Shown here piece after piece: positions 30,063 through 40,035 of a stretch of 64,000 nucleotides of DNA; the stretch's first letter is position 1; every line of letters starts with the position of its first letter. Below the pieces are notes generated by a model that was not told where the DNA came from, did no database searches, and was given only the letters and a program-made list of their open reading frames with translations. Location of the stretch: contig JBEKXK010000004.1 in assembly GCA_049512055.1 (NCBI GenBank), forward strand, positions 5,065 to 69,064, read 5' to 3'. The translations under genes were made by a program, and so were the position numbers. The stretch is from Syntrophales bacterium (GTDB lineage Bacteria; Desulfobacterota; Syntrophia; Syntrophales; UBA2185).

Positions 30063-30725
30063 ATGAACACTATGGATGAAAAACAATATTTGGTCGATGC
30101 CTTGTCGATAGAGGAATCATGGCGGATATTCCGCATCATGGCGGAATTTGTGGAAGCCATTGAAACCCTGTCCAAGGTGAAAAACGGTGTCACCATTTTT
30201 GGATCCGCAAGAGTGGGGCCTGATGATCCATGCTACAAGAAGGCGGAGTATCTCGCCAGAAGGCTTGCCGAAAATGGCTTCAGTGTAATTACAGGAGGTG
30301 GCCCGGGTATCATGGAGGCGGCCAATAAGGGAGCGGCGGAGGCAGGTGGCCAGTCGATAGGAATGAATATTCGTCTTCCATATGAGCAAAAACCAAACCC
30401 GTACGCCAAAACTATTATCGAGTATAAATATTTTTTCATCCGTAAAGTAATGTTTGTAAAATATGCTGTGGCCTATGTAATCCTACCAGGTGGCTTCGGA
30501 ACAATGGATGAGCTCTTCGAGGCCTTGACCCTGATTCAGACGAAAAGGATTAAGGGCTTTCCCGTCATATTGATGGGTAGCGAATACTGGCAAGGACTGA
30601 TGGGCTGGATCAAAGGCACCATGCTCGGGAACGATAAGATTGAACCGTGTGATCTCGAAATTATCCACATCATTGATGATCCGGATGAAGTAGTAAAACA
30701 TATAAAGAAATTTGTCATTCTCTAA
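30063..30725 (+). CDS. LOG-family (TIGR00730-type) nucleotide 5'-monophosphate nucleosidase
   Basis: TIFGSARV, ITGGGPGIMEAANKGA and PGGFGTMDELFE. Confidence 0.85.
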   Translation: MNTMDEKQYLVDALSIEESWRIFRIMAEFVEAIETLSKVKNGVTIFGSARVGPDDPCYKKAEYLARRLAENGFSVITGGGPGIMEAANKGAAEAGGQSIGMNIRLPYEQKPNPYAKTIIEYKYFFIRKVMFVKYAVAYVILPGGFGTMDELFEALTLIQTKRIKGFPVILMGSEYWQGLMGWIKGTMLGNDKIEPCDLEIIHIIDDPDEVVKHIKKFVIL

Positions 30726-30782
30726 ATACCCTGGAAGATCTCGTCTGATACCTATATCAAGTTTCGATAAAAACGGTGCTGA

Positions 30783-30862
30783 ATTGTCATGTCGAGCGAA
30801 GCGAGGCATTTTGGAATACAGCGTATTAAGATTCCTCGCTCGGACGAGGGATGAAAGACAAT
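30783..30862. repeat. imperfect inverted-repeat (REP/MITE-like) element
   Basis: Left arm ATTGTCATGTCGAGCGAAGCGAGGCAT (30783-30809). The right arm, reverse-complemented, is ATTGTCTTTCATCCCTCGTCCGAGCGAGGAAT (30831-30862). Shared cores are ATTGTC, CGAGCGA and GCGAGG. It is intergenic between the LOG gene and holA. Confidence 0.4.
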
Positions 30863-30912
30863 AAACGTACCTTCAGAATTAGGAAAAAGTTCACGACTCC
30901 AAAGCCGGCACA

Positions 30913-32274
30913 ATGAATTTTGAAAAGATACTGATGGAATTCAAGAATGGGAAGGCGGACCCTTCTCCCTGTTATCTCCTGCACGGCGAAGAAGAATATC
31001 TTGTCAAGGATGCCCTGAATAAAATCATAGCTGCCATCATCCCCGCAAGCGACAGAGATATGAATCTCTTTTTCATGGATGGAGAGTCGGAAGATATAGA
31101 CAGCCTTTGCGAGACAATCCTGACACCACCCCTTATTCCGGGAAGAAAAGTTGTTGTGCTGAAAAACACCCGTCTTTTTCAAACAAGAATTGCCCTGCCG
31201 GAGATAGTACAAAAAATTCGACAACATTTTGCTAATGACCCCAACATGGCAGTCAGATATTTTATGCAATTCCTGAAGATCACAGGCTGGAATATCGATG
31301 ATCTCAGAGACGGCGGCTGGAAAAAAATTACCAGCGACAACTGGCAAAAGACTGTTGCAGGCGACAGCGGACATGATCGGGAAACCTGGCTCCCCGAAAT
31401 GATCGAGACCTGCATAAGCCGAGGAGTGGATATAAGCGAGCAGAGAGGGGTAGCGGAACGTCTTGAAGATACCCTGAGAAAAGGAATCCCGGCGGGCATC
31501 CACCTGATCATAACCGCCGAATCAGTAGACAAGAGGAAGAGGCTCTTCAAGACTATATCCGAAACCGGAACTGTCCTTAATTTTTCTCGGCCAAAAGGTG
31601 ATGCGAGGCAGAAGAATGCCCTCATGGATATGGCAAAAGATCTCTTAGCCGAGAGTGGGAAAGAACTTACGCCGGAAGCGTGGATCGCTATCGGCAGGAA
31701 AACAGGCTTTGACCTTGCCGATTCCATGAAAGCCCTGGAAACGCTAATAACCTACGCGGGTGACAAGATATCAATTGAAGAGTCCGACGTCGCAGAAGTC
31801 ATAGGAAAAACTAAAGAGGATACCGTCTTTGATTTGACAGGCGCCCTTTTTGCGAGAAAGCTGGATGCGGCCTTGTCAAATTTGAAAGATCTTTTCGATC
31901 AGGGTATAAACCATGTGTTGATCCTGTCAATGATAGCAAGGGAAATCAGATTTCTTCTCCATGCCAAAATGTTTATCAGATCAGGCAAGCTTGGGTCTAT
32001 TGAACCCAATATGGACTATGAAATGTTTCAGAGGTCCGTTTATCCGGTTATCTTGCAATGGAGAGGCGATAAATGGGGAAAAGGCGGCCTGGACGGTCAA
32101 CATCCGTACGTCATTTATAATGCCGTAAGAAACTCTTATCGCTTCTCATACGAGCGCCTGTTGAAATTTTTGGAAGACCTCGTCGATATGGATATTGCCT
32201 TCAAGACCACGACGAAGGAGCCGAAGTTTATGCTGGAGAGATTTATTCTTAGCGTTTGTAAAGCCGAGAATTGA
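30913..32274 (+). CDS. holA: DNA polymerase III delta subunit (long form)
   Basis: N-terminus YLLHGEEEYLVKDALNKI and a later C-terminal helical domain (VFDLTGALFARKLDAALSNLKDL). It is longer than typical delta subunits. Confidence 0.7.
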   Translation: MNFEKILMEFKNGKADPSPCYLLHGEEEYLVKDALNKIIAAIIPASDRDMNLFFMDGESEDIDSLCETILTPPLIPGRKVVVLKNTRLFQTRIALPEIVQKIRQHFANDPNMAVRYFMQFLKITGWNIDDLRDGGWKKITSDNWQKTVAGDSGHDRETWLPEMIETCISRGVDISEQRGVAERLEDTLRKGIPAGIHLIITAESVDKRKRLFKTISETGTVLNFSRPKGDARQKNALMDMAKDLLAESGKELTPEAWIAIGRKTGFDLADSMKALETLITYAGDKISIEESDVAEVIGKTKEDTVFDLTGALFARKLDAALSNLKDLFDQGINHVLILSMIAREIRFLLHAKMFIRSGKLGSIEPNMDYEMFQRSVYPVILQWRGDKWGKGGLDGQHPYVIYNAVRNSYRFSYERLLKFLEDLVDMDIAFKTTTKEPKFMLERFILSVCKAEN

Positions 32275-32343
32275 AGGAGGAATCCTGACTGGCTGGAGTT
32301 CTTATATCAAATCCGTAAAAAATTCAATCCCACCCAAAAGTCG

Positions 32344-32877
32344 CTATAACTTCTTGATTTTTACCATGGCTGACTTTTTCCTCCGGGAAAGTCTCCTTGA
32401 TGGGCCTTTCTTTTTTGCCCGTCCCATTGTTGCATCGTTCTCTCTGCCTGATCTTTCTTCCTTATGGGAGGCATGGTCGGTCATAGCGATTTTCGCCCTC
32501 CCCATCAGTTCGTCAAACTCCTGAGATGATATTGCTGTCCCGCCTCGGCGACTGACAAAATCGGCAATGTCCCTGTCCGACGTGACAACGACGATTTCTT
32601 CCGCCCTTTCTTGGACCATTCGCTTAATGACTTCATCCGCTTTTTCGCCCTTCCGGGAATATATGATGTCAATGCCTGAGAGTTTGTCCCTCTCTTCCTC
32701 GAAAGGTCCACCCTGCCAGCCGTCGAAGACAACAGTCACCTTGTGTCCTCTCTGTTTCTTATAAAGAGATATGCCGCGTATCAGAGCGTTCCGTCCCTCC
32801 TTCAGACTGATTCTCTCATACCGCCTTAATATATCGGACTGTCTTATCAGATTGTACCCGTCAATGATGATGTGCAT
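32344..32877 (-). CDS. NYN-domain RNase (YacP/Rae1-like, DUF901)
   Basis: MHIIIDGYNLI, VTVVFDG and VVVTSDRDIADFV, with a Lys/Arg-rich C-terminal tail. Confidence 0.75.
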   Translation of the reverse strand: MHIIIDGYNLIRQSDILRRYERISLKEGRNALIRGISLYKKQRGHKVTVVFDGWQGGPFEEERDKLSGIDIIYSRKGEKADEVIKRMVQERAEEIVVVTSDRDIADFVSRRGGTAISSQEFDELMGRAKIAMTDHASHKEERSGRENDATMGRAKKKGPSRRLSRRKKSAMVKIKKL

Positions 32878-33118
32878 GATGGATGATGTCTGCTTTAGTT
32901 CATCAATTGATAACTTCAGACAAGAGAGAAGACTCTCCTGCTTCGCCGCAAGTTAGGCACGCAGTGCCAATTTATTTATTACCTATGCCATCCGATTTTT
33001 CCTTGACCTTAAGACCGCGCTTCTGCTATTTTTTATTTGGTTTCATGTTAGAAAGTTCTTTGCAGGTCAATTCCTTCCTTAATGACTTCCTGAAAAAAGA
33101 GTAGAAATAGTGTCATGT

Positions 33119-33304
33119 TCATCTGATTGACTGTTGAATAATCTTGATTGATTGCATGGGGCGTAATAGGTATTTTCCTGCGACCGTGGTTAACTCTTTA
33201 ATGGCGGGGTCGTTTATCAGTAATAAAGATAGGCCGATTCCACCGGAAGAGCACTGATACTTCCAAACATGTCCCGCTATGGAATGAATGTTACTAGGAA
33301 ACAT
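33119..33304 (-). CDS. possible small ORF coupled to the TetR gene (hypothetical)
   Basis: 61 aa. Its ATG overlaps the TetR stop by 1 nt (TAATG on the minus strand). I see no recognisable motif and it could be spurious. Confidence 0.25.
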   Translation of the reverse strand: MFPSNIHSIAGHVWKYQCSSGGIGLSLLLINDPAIKELTTVAGKYLLRPMQSIKIIQQSIR

Positions 33305-33975
33305 TATCGTGGCGTCTTGCCGCGAGGTATATCTTTAATGGCGACCCCGTGCAAAAATATGTCCACCACTTCATTAATGATTTTGTCTGTCGCCAGTGGA
33401 ACAATGTCTTTTCCCTGCAATATTTCTTGAGAATAAAGAAAGCCGTATAGCATGTTGTGAAAGATATGTGCGTAAATATAGGGATCGCCCTTCCTTATAA
33501 GATTTTTGTCTTGAAAAGCCTTGAAGTAAACAGCGATATTCTCCATTAATCGATGACGGACTTTTCGATAATATTCTTTGCCGAATTCTTTATTGAAAGC
33601 TGACTCTGAGACGACGAATCTAATGATTGGAATGCGTTGCTCAAGCTTGCCGAAATATTTCTTCCCTATGGAGTACATAAAATCCCTTGGGCTTAGTTTT
33701 ACAAGTGAATCGTCACCTATCGATTCCATGAAACCGGTAGCGCCCGTTATTCCGATAAGCTCCATCGCCAGTGTTCTCTTATTTGGAAAATAGCGATATA
33801 CGGTTCCGTGCGCTACGCCCGCGACGGCGGCAATATCTGACATTCTGCTTTGGTGATAGCCACGTTTAGCGAAAATCTCAAGTGCAGCCTGCAGGATATC
33901 TTCGCGGCGTTGTTTCTCCGGCAAGACCGTCCTTTTCCTCTTTTTCTGATTTTTTAAATTCATTTCTTGCCCCAT
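33304..33975 (-). CDS. TetR/AcrR-family transcriptional regulator
   Basis: HTH region ILQAALEIFAKRGYHQSRMSDIAAVAGVAHGTVYRYFPNK. Confidence 0.9.
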   Translation of the reverse strand: MGQEMNLKNQKKRKRTVLPEKQRREDILQAALEIFAKRGYHQSRMSDIAAVAGVAHGTVYRYFPNKRTLAMELIGITGATGFMESIGDDSLVKLSPRDFMYSIGKKYFGKLEQRIPIIRFVVSESAFNKEFGKEYYRKVRHRLMENIAVYFKAFQDKNLIRKGDPYIYAHIFHNMLYGFLYSQEILQGKDIVPLATDKIINEVVDIFLHGVAIKDIPRGKTPR

Positions 33976-34311
33976 ACATTCCGTGTTTTCATAAGACTAT
34001 ATTTAACATAGAAGTTCGATGATCATGAATCTATTTTTACCATTTACAGCGCTTTGTAATATTTGTCAAAGTCATAATATGCTTTCTTGAAATGCAGGGT
34101 GCGAAGATCCGCAGGATTCCCAATAGCCTGCAGAATCATTTGGCCGCTGATCGGGCATGATTGAAAGACTTCACTTGAAATGCATCGTTCGGGCAAACAT
34201 CACCCTATCAACTCCATAATGTGCATTACCTTTTAAAGCAATTTATTTCGCTCGATTCAATCCATCTACGATTTTTAAATATACAAAATTTGTCATTCTA
34301 TTATATTTAAT

Positions 34312-34332
34312 GTCGTTGACTTTAACAACGAC
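34312..34332. promoter_or_regulatory. candidate TetR operator
   Basis: Perfect 7-bp inverted repeat GTCGTTG-N7-CAACGAC in the divergent TetR / acyl-CoA dehydrogenase intergenic region. Confidence 0.3.
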
Positions 34333-34473
34333 GGAGGGTATAGACAAACAGATGAATACAGCAAAGCACGGCGGACCTGACCGATACCTCATTGTTGACG
34401 AAACATCCAAGAGCATTATGGGTGAGAGTAATAAAATTCAATCGAGAAAATTATATGGTTAGGAGGGCGAAAA

Positions 34474-35616
34474 ATGGATTTTGAATTGAACGATGAACTG
34501 AAGATGTTGAAGGAGATGTCATACAAATTTGCCCAGGCTGAATTTACCGGGATATCCCATGAATGTGACGAGGGGGAAAAATATACCCCGGACATTCGTA
34601 GGAAGGCCGCCGAAAATGGTCTTGTCGGAGCATGGATCCCCGAAGAATATGGTGGCGCGGGGGCGGGTTACTTGGGCAATACCATCATCATGGAAGAACT
34701 GTCCAAGGTGGATATGGGGATCGGCTTGAATGTTGTTGCCGCTACGTTCGGCTGTGAATCCATACTACAGTTTGGATCGGAAGAACAAAAGAAGAAATGT
34801 CTGCCTCCCGTATGCCGGGGTGAGCAGGTGAGCGCGGGGGCATTTACGGAGCCCAATGCGGGCACAGATGTGGCAGGATACAGAACTAAGGCGGCTAAAG
34901 ACGGAAATGACTATGTCATTAGCGGAAATAAAATGTTCATAACCAATGGAAGCGTCTGTGACTTCATGGTAGCCCAGTGCATTACCAACCCGGAGGAAAA
35001 AAAACACAACAGTTTCAGTCTTATAATAGTTCGAGCCGATACCCCGGGAATAACGAGAAACAAGATCCACGGCAAGATGGGTATCCGCTCCAGTGACACG
35101 GCGGAAATCGCTTTTGAGGATGTGCGAGTTCCTCGAATTAACCTTGTAGGTAAGGAAGGCAACGGCTTCCGGCAGTTGATGCATTTCTTTGATACAACAA
35201 GAGTAATGGTTGCCGCCCAGGCCCTCGGCCTTTCCGAAGGCTGTCTGGAGACAAGCATCAAGTACGTCAAAGAGAGAACGGCTTTTGGGGCCCCCCTGGG
35301 TTCATTCCAGTTGACCCAGATGAAACTGACGGAAATGGCGATCAAGGTAGAGGCTCTACGGGGTCTTATTTATAAATCGGCATGGCTTCTTGATCAGGGC
35401 AGGCCGGACTATACCCTGGCTGCGATGGCAAAATACTACGGAGGTCAGACGGCGGTCTTCTGTGCGAACTACGCGGTGGAACTGCACGGCGGGTACGGTT
35501 ACATCGACGAGTACAGCGTCCAGAAATGGTACCGTGACGCCAAAATTCTTGAACTTTACGAAGGAACCAAAGAAGCTGAAATTATGACCATCGGCAGGAT
35601 ACTGCAAGCACGGTAG
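34474..35616 (+). CDS. acyl-CoA dehydrogenase (short/medium-chain type)
   Basis: 380 aa with AFTEPNAGTDVA, KMFITNG and a YEGTKEAEIMTIGR C-terminus (catalytic Glu context). Confidence 0.9.
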   Translation: MDFELNDELKMLKEMSYKFAQAEFTGISHECDEGEKYTPDIRRKAAENGLVGAWIPEEYGGAGAGYLGNTIIMEELSKVDMGIGLNVVAATFGCESILQFGSEEQKKKCLPPVCRGEQVSAGAFTEPNAGTDVAGYRTKAAKDGNDYVISGNKMFITNGSVCDFMVAQCITNPEEKKHNSFSLIIVRADTPGITRNKIHGKMGIRSSDTAEIAFEDVRVPRINLVGKEGNGFRQLMHFFDTTRVMVAAQALGLSEGCLETSIKYVKERTAFGAPLGSFQLTQMKLTEMAIKVEALRGLIYKSAWLLDQGRPDYTLAAMAKYYGGQTAVFCANYAVELHGGYGYIDEYSVQKWYRDAKILELYEGTKEAEIMTIGRILQAR

Positions 35617-35688
35617 TCACACAATAAATGCCCCCGTCCCCGCCATGACAAACATGGGGATAGGGGCATTTCCAATTTTAAGTGGAGA

Positions 35689-36348
35689 TCAACCGCGTAT
35701 TAGGGCTTTCATGGCCCTGATGGTGTGAGCATAGTCTCCGCTCCCGAAGATAGCGGCGCCCGACACTATGACGTTTGCACCGGCTTCGGAAACCAATCCA
35801 ATATTATCGAGAGTTATGCCGCCGTCAACTTCGATGGCGACTTCAGGTGAAACGACATTCACCATCTCCCTGGCCTGCTCTATCTTCGGCAGGACACTCT
35901 CTATGAATTTTTGTCCCCCGAATCCGGGATTAACGGACATGACAAGAAGGAGATCGATATCTTTCAGAATCGGCTCAACCTGAACGAGCGGTGTGGCAGG
36001 ATTAAGAGACACACCCGCCTTGACGCCCCGCTCCTTTATCTGAGCAATTGTCCTGTGGAGGTGCCAGGCTGTCTCAACATGAACGGTTATGATATCACTT
36101 CCGGCTTCGGCAAACGAGTCTATATAACGTTCCGGATTTGATATCATGAGATGCACATCGAAAGGAAGTCTCGTGATCTTTCGGAGCCATTTTACCGGAC
36201 CCGGCCCAATAGTGATATTGGGAACGAAGTGACCATCCATTACATCTATGTGTATCCAGTCGGCACCCGCTGCTTCCACGGCCTGGATTTCTTCACCAAG
36301 CCTGCTGAAGTCAGCGGAAAGGAGAGAGGGGGCAATTTTTTTCATCAC
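35689..36348 (-). CDS. rpe: ribulose-phosphate 3-epimerase
   Basis: IAPSLLSADF, HIDVMDGHFVPN, VMSVNPGFGGQKF and VDGGI. Confidence 0.93.
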   Translation of the reverse strand: MMKKIAPSLLSADFSRLGEEIQAVEAAGADWIHIDVMDGHFVPNITIGPGPVKWLRKITRLPFDVHLMISNPERYIDSFAEAGSDIITVHVETAWHLHRTIAQIKERGVKAGVSLNPATPLVQVEPILKDIDLLLVMSVNPGFGGQKFIESVLPKIEQAREMVNVVSPEVAIEVDGGITLDNIGLVSEAGANVIVSGAAIFGSGDYAHTIRAMKALIRG

Positions 36349-36544
36349 ATGCCTTCTTTTCCGTTCTTTTGAAGCCTATGAGAATATGTGTTTTGTGTCA
36401 TTCTCAAAAGAAGAGTACTGACGCAATGTCAATACACCATCGATGCTGACCTGTCAATAATTACCGAACTGGACAAAAGACCCTTGACAAAATAATTGCA
36501 AAAGCCCATGCTTCCGGCAAAATCGAAGCACATAAATGTAATCA

Positions 36545-37840
36545 ATGTACCTCCTTTATAACATTCTATTAGTCATGGCTGCCCTGCTCGCTTTCCCCTA
36601 CTATGCGATCAAAATGACGCTGACGGGAAAATACAGAAAGAGCATGGGGCCGAAGTTCGGGCTTGTCAGTCCCGCGATCTTTGCCGAGATGAAGGGCAGT
36701 CCCAGGATATGGATACATGCTGTTTCCGTAGGCGAGGTGATGGCTGCCGAACCAATCGTTGCTTCCTTAAGAACGCACTTCCCCGAGGCCTGCATTGTGC
36801 TTTCCACCAGCACGGAAACAGGCCAGGACATGGCCAGAAGAATTGTCACCGGAGCGACGTCCTTTATATACTACCCACTTGATATCCCATTTGTCGTGAG
36901 AAAGATTATCACGAAAGTGAGTCCTGATATCTTTATCCTGACAGAGACGGAACTCTGGCCCAATTTTATCAGAGTATGTAAAGAGCAGGGTGCGAAGATA
37001 ATCATGGTGAACGGTCGCATCTCTCAACGCTCTTATCAGAGATATGCCCTGACGAAGTTCTTCTGGAAAGACATCGTAAATTTGGTTGACGAAATGGGCG
37101 TGATTTCGGCCATGGACGCTGAGCGGCTGAAAGCCATTGGCATGGCACCAGCGAGGGTCCATGTAATGGGGAACGCAAAGTACGACAGCTTAGCAGCGAA
37201 GGCCTCCCCCCTTGTGCGGGAAGAGATGCACAGAAAGCTGAATTTGATCGAAATGGACAGGGTCTTAGTGGCGGGAAGCACGCATGACGGCGAAGAGAAA
37301 ATCGTCCTCAATGTTTACAGGCGTCTCCTTGAGAGATACCCTGATTTCAAATTGATTATCATCCCCCGGCATCCTGAAAGAGGTCATGCAGTCCTTTCCC
37401 TGCTTGAAGAAACCGGCTTTGATGATTGCATAACAATGACCGATATCGAAGGAGGCAGGCATCGAACCGGCGAACGCATCATCGTTATCGATGTCATCGG
37501 TGAACTCTTCAAAGTATACTCCCTCGCTTCTGTGGTCTTCTGCGGCGGTTCCCTTGTCCCGAAGGGCGGGCAGAACATCCTCGAACCTGCCGCATGGGGC
37601 AAGGTCATCTTTTATGGACCTTCCATGGATGACTTCCGGGATGAAAAGGAACTCCTGGAAAATGCCGGCGCGGGGATAATGGTGAGAAGCGGCGAAGAAT
37701 TACTCGAAGGTATCCTCACACTCATGTCTGATCCTGATACGCTTGCCAGGAAGGGAGAGGAGGGGAGGAGAATTGTAGTTTCTAATATGGGGGCCGCAGA
37801 TAGATATGCCGACATGGTGAGGTCACATATCAAAAAATAA
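36545..37840 (+). CDS. waaA: 3-deoxy-D-manno-octulosonic acid (Kdo) transferase
   Basis: N-terminal membrane anchor, IWIHAVSVGEV, ETELWPN and GGSLVPKGGQNILEPAA. Confidence 0.88.
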   Translation: MYLLYNILLVMAALLAFPYYAIKMTLTGKYRKSMGPKFGLVSPAIFAEMKGSPRIWIHAVSVGEVMAAEPIVASLRTHFPEACIVLSTSTETGQDMARRIVTGATSFIYYPLDIPFVVRKIITKVSPDIFILTETELWPNFIRVCKEQGAKIIMVNGRISQRSYQRYALTKFFWKDIVNLVDEMGVISAMDAERLKAIGMAPARVHVMGNAKYDSLAAKASPLVREEMHRKLNLIEMDRVLVAGSTHDGEEKIVLNVYRRLLERYPDFKLIIIPRHPERGHAVLSLLEETGFDDCITMTDIEGGRHRTGERIIVIDVIGELFKVYSLASVVFCGGSLVPKGGQNILEPAAWGKVIFYGPSMDDFRDEKELLENAGAGIMVRSGEELLEGILTLMSDPDTLARKGEEGRRIVVSNMGAADRYADMVRSHIKK

Positions 37841-37922
37841 ATTGTACCTGTGCATGCAATATGCGATAATAAAAAATCTTCAATCGTGGTGAGAAATATC
37901 CAGCCCTTCGATCAAGATAGTG

Positions 37923-38822
37923 TTAGCCCTCGGCCCGCCTCAGGTATTCATTCCATCTGGTGTCAACCCACCTCTGAAGCTGCCTCAGCTGCTCGATGCT
38001 CATCTTCCGGAATCGCCCTTGCCTCTCCACGTAATTGATGACAGGCAGCTTATTCCCTTTTTCCGCCAGTGTCTTGCTTCTTCCGGTAAAGCGAAATTTG
38101 CCGTCCTCAATCTCGAAGAGGACGACGATTCCCGTTTCTACGGCAAGCCTCCCGATGCGCACTGTGTCCTTGGGCGCGTATCCCCATCCCGGAGGGCAGG
38201 GAACGGCGATATGCATGTACCGCGCTCCCTTGATGCGCTTGGCCTTGACGAATTTATCGTACAGGTCAATTGGATAGGCCGATGAAGTGGTGGCGAGATA
38301 AGGCAGGTCGTGGGCTTCCATGATTCGCAGCATATCCTTCTTGGGTTGCTGCTTGGTGAGCACCGGCGTGGTAGAGGTCAATGCCCCCATGGGCGTGGCG
38401 CTGGAGCGCTGTGTGCCGGTATTCATATAACCTTCGTTGTCGTAGCAGACGTAGATGAAGTCCGTGCCCCTTTCGGCCGCCCCGCTCAGTGCCTGGATTC
38501 CCATGTCGAAGGTACCGCCGTCTCCGGCGATAGCCACGACTGTAATGTCCGTGCGGTTCACGGCATTCAAGCCGGCGACAAGACCCGACGCAGAGGCAGC
38601 CGTACTGGCGAATGTGCAATTGAGGGCAGGAATAGTCACGGATGTCGTCGGATACAGGCCATGGAGAACGGTCAGGCAACAGGCCGGAAATGTCACAATC
38701 GTATTTTCACGCAAAGCTTTCAGAACATAGCGGTATGCGAGGGACAGGCCGCAACCCTGGCAGGCTCTCTGCCCCGGGAGCATATACTCTTCAATATTAA
38801 CCTTGAACAGGTTCTCTGGCAT
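37923..38822 (-). CDS. 2-oxoacid:ferredoxin oxidoreductase, beta (TPP-binding) subunit
   Basis: CQGCG and IAGDGGTFDMGIQALSGAAERG (TPP motif). It is the last gene of a gamma-delta-alpha-beta set. Confidence 0.9.
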   Translation of the reverse strand: MPENLFKVNIEEYMLPGQRACQGCGLSLAYRYVLKALRENTIVTFPACCLTVLHGLYPTTSVTIPALNCTFASTAASASGLVAGLNAVNRTDITVVAIAGDGGTFDMGIQALSGAAERGTDFIYVCYDNEGYMNTGTQRSSATPMGALTSTTPVLTKQQPKKDMLRIMEAHDLPYLATTSSAYPIDLYDKFVKAKRIKGARYMHIAVPCPPGWGYAPKDTVRIGRLAVETGIVVLFEIEDGKFRFTGRSKTLAEKGNKLPVINYVERQGRFRKMSIEQLRQLQRWVDTRWNEYLRRAEG

Positions 38823-38826
38823 ATTA

Positions 38827-40035
38827 TCACCCCGTAAAACAGTTTAGCCATTTCGGCGCAGGTTCCATATCACCTGCAGCGATTGCATCCCGTGATGATC
38901 TTGCAGCCTCTGCGAGTTCCCGCGCCTTGACATCCCGGCCTCCAAGGCCGCAGATGTAATTGTGGATAGGCAACCGGATATCCGTTGCGTAAAAGGCCGC
39001 CTTGATTTCGGAACACAGTGCTCCTTCATATCCGTAACTGATCCCCTTTTCGAAGATACAGACAGCCTTCGCCTTCCTGAAAGCCGCGCGGACATCTTCT
39101 TTCGGGAAGGGCCTGAAGACCCTGATTCCGACAACACCGGCTTTGATCCCCTGCGACCTCAGCATATCCGCTGCCGTGGTTGCTTCGCTTGCCACAGAAC
39201 CCATCCCCACAAGCATCATCTCGGCGTCATCTGTCTTATATTGCCATAACATGCCGCCGTGATCTCTCCCGAAAGCCCCGGCAAATTCACGGCTCGCAGA
39301 GATAATAACGTCACGGGATTCGTCGAGGGCCTTCTGAAGTTTGTAGCGCATTTCCATATAGCCGTCGCACAGAACGCCCTCTGGATTAGCCCGCCGCCAT
39401 GGGAAAAGAACAGGGTTGATATTCATGGGAGCATCCGGCGATAGGATTGTGTGGGGTTTATAAGGGGGGAGGAAATCGGAGACAGACTCAGCATCAGGGA
39501 TCTCCACGGGCATCATCGTATGAGACATGACAAAGCCATCGTAACAGATCATGACCGGTACATAAACGGACTCGGCAATCCGATACGCCTGAATGATGGA
39601 GTCAATAATCTCCTGGTTGTCCCGGCAGTAAATTTGTATCCAGCCTGTATCCCGCTGTGCGATGGAATCCTGCTGGTCATTGAATATCGTCCATGGCGCT
39701 CCCACTCCCCTGTTGATGCAGCACATCACAATAGGCAGCCTGGCGCCGGCGGCCCAGTGTATCTGCTCATGCATGTAAAGCAGCCCCTGGGAGCTCGTGG
39801 AAGTGAAGACGCGGGCCCCCACGGTGGATGCCGAAATGCAAACCGCAAGCGCAGAATGCTCTGATTCAACGCGGATGTATTCTGCCTTGAGTTCTCCGCC
39901 CTCAATCAACTGGGAAAGCATCTCCGTCACAGAGGTCTGTGGCGTAATGGGATAGGCTGCCACAACCTGAACATGGCTGAGCTTAGCCCCGAGGGCCGCG
40001 GCCTGGTTGCCCGTCATGATTTGTACTTCAGCCAT
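38827..40035 (-). CDS. 2-oxoacid:ferredoxin oxidoreductase, alpha subunit
   Basis: GNQAAALGA...VAAYPITPQT and other POR/VOR alpha-type domains. Confidence 0.9.
   Translation of the reverse strand: MAEVQIMTGNQAAALGAKLSHVQVVAAYPITPQTSVTEMLSQLIEGGELKAEYIRVESEHSALAVCISASTVGARVFTSTSSQGLLYMHEQIHWAAGARLPIVMCCINRGVGAPWTIFNDQQDSIAQRDTGWIQIYCRDNQEIIDSIIQAYRIAESVYVPVMICYDGFVMSHTMMPVEIPDAESVSDFLPPYKPHTILSPDAPMNINPVLFPWRRANPEGVLCDGYMEMRYKLQKALDESRDVIISASREFAGAFGRDHGGMLWQYKTDDAEMMLVGMGSVASEATTAADMLRSQGIKAGVVGIRVFRPFPKEDVRAAFRKAKAVCIFEKGISYGYEGALCSEIKAAFYATDIRLPIHNYICGLGGRDVKARELAEAARSSRDAIAAGDMEPAPKWLNCFTG

Noticed and set aside
30826-31727. 225-aa and 182-aa minus-strand ORFs opposite holA
   Set aside because: They are antisense to the holA frame. 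The first begins inside the REP-like repeat, and neither has recognisable motifs.
32950-32967. TTGGCACTGCGTGCC on the minus strand upstream of the NYN gene, considered as a possible sigma54 promoter
   Set aside because: The GG-to-GC spacing is 10 nt, 2 nt shorter than in the TGGCACG-N4-TTGC consensus. It is more simply a 5-bp palindrome (GGCAC-GCA-GTGCC).
37920-38837. Plus-strand ORFs (121, 80, 175 and 91 aa) and a minus-strand alternate-frame ORF (38266-38679) within the beta-subunit gene
   Set aside because: They are nested in the TPP-binding subunit gene and have Arg/Gly-rich spurious composition.
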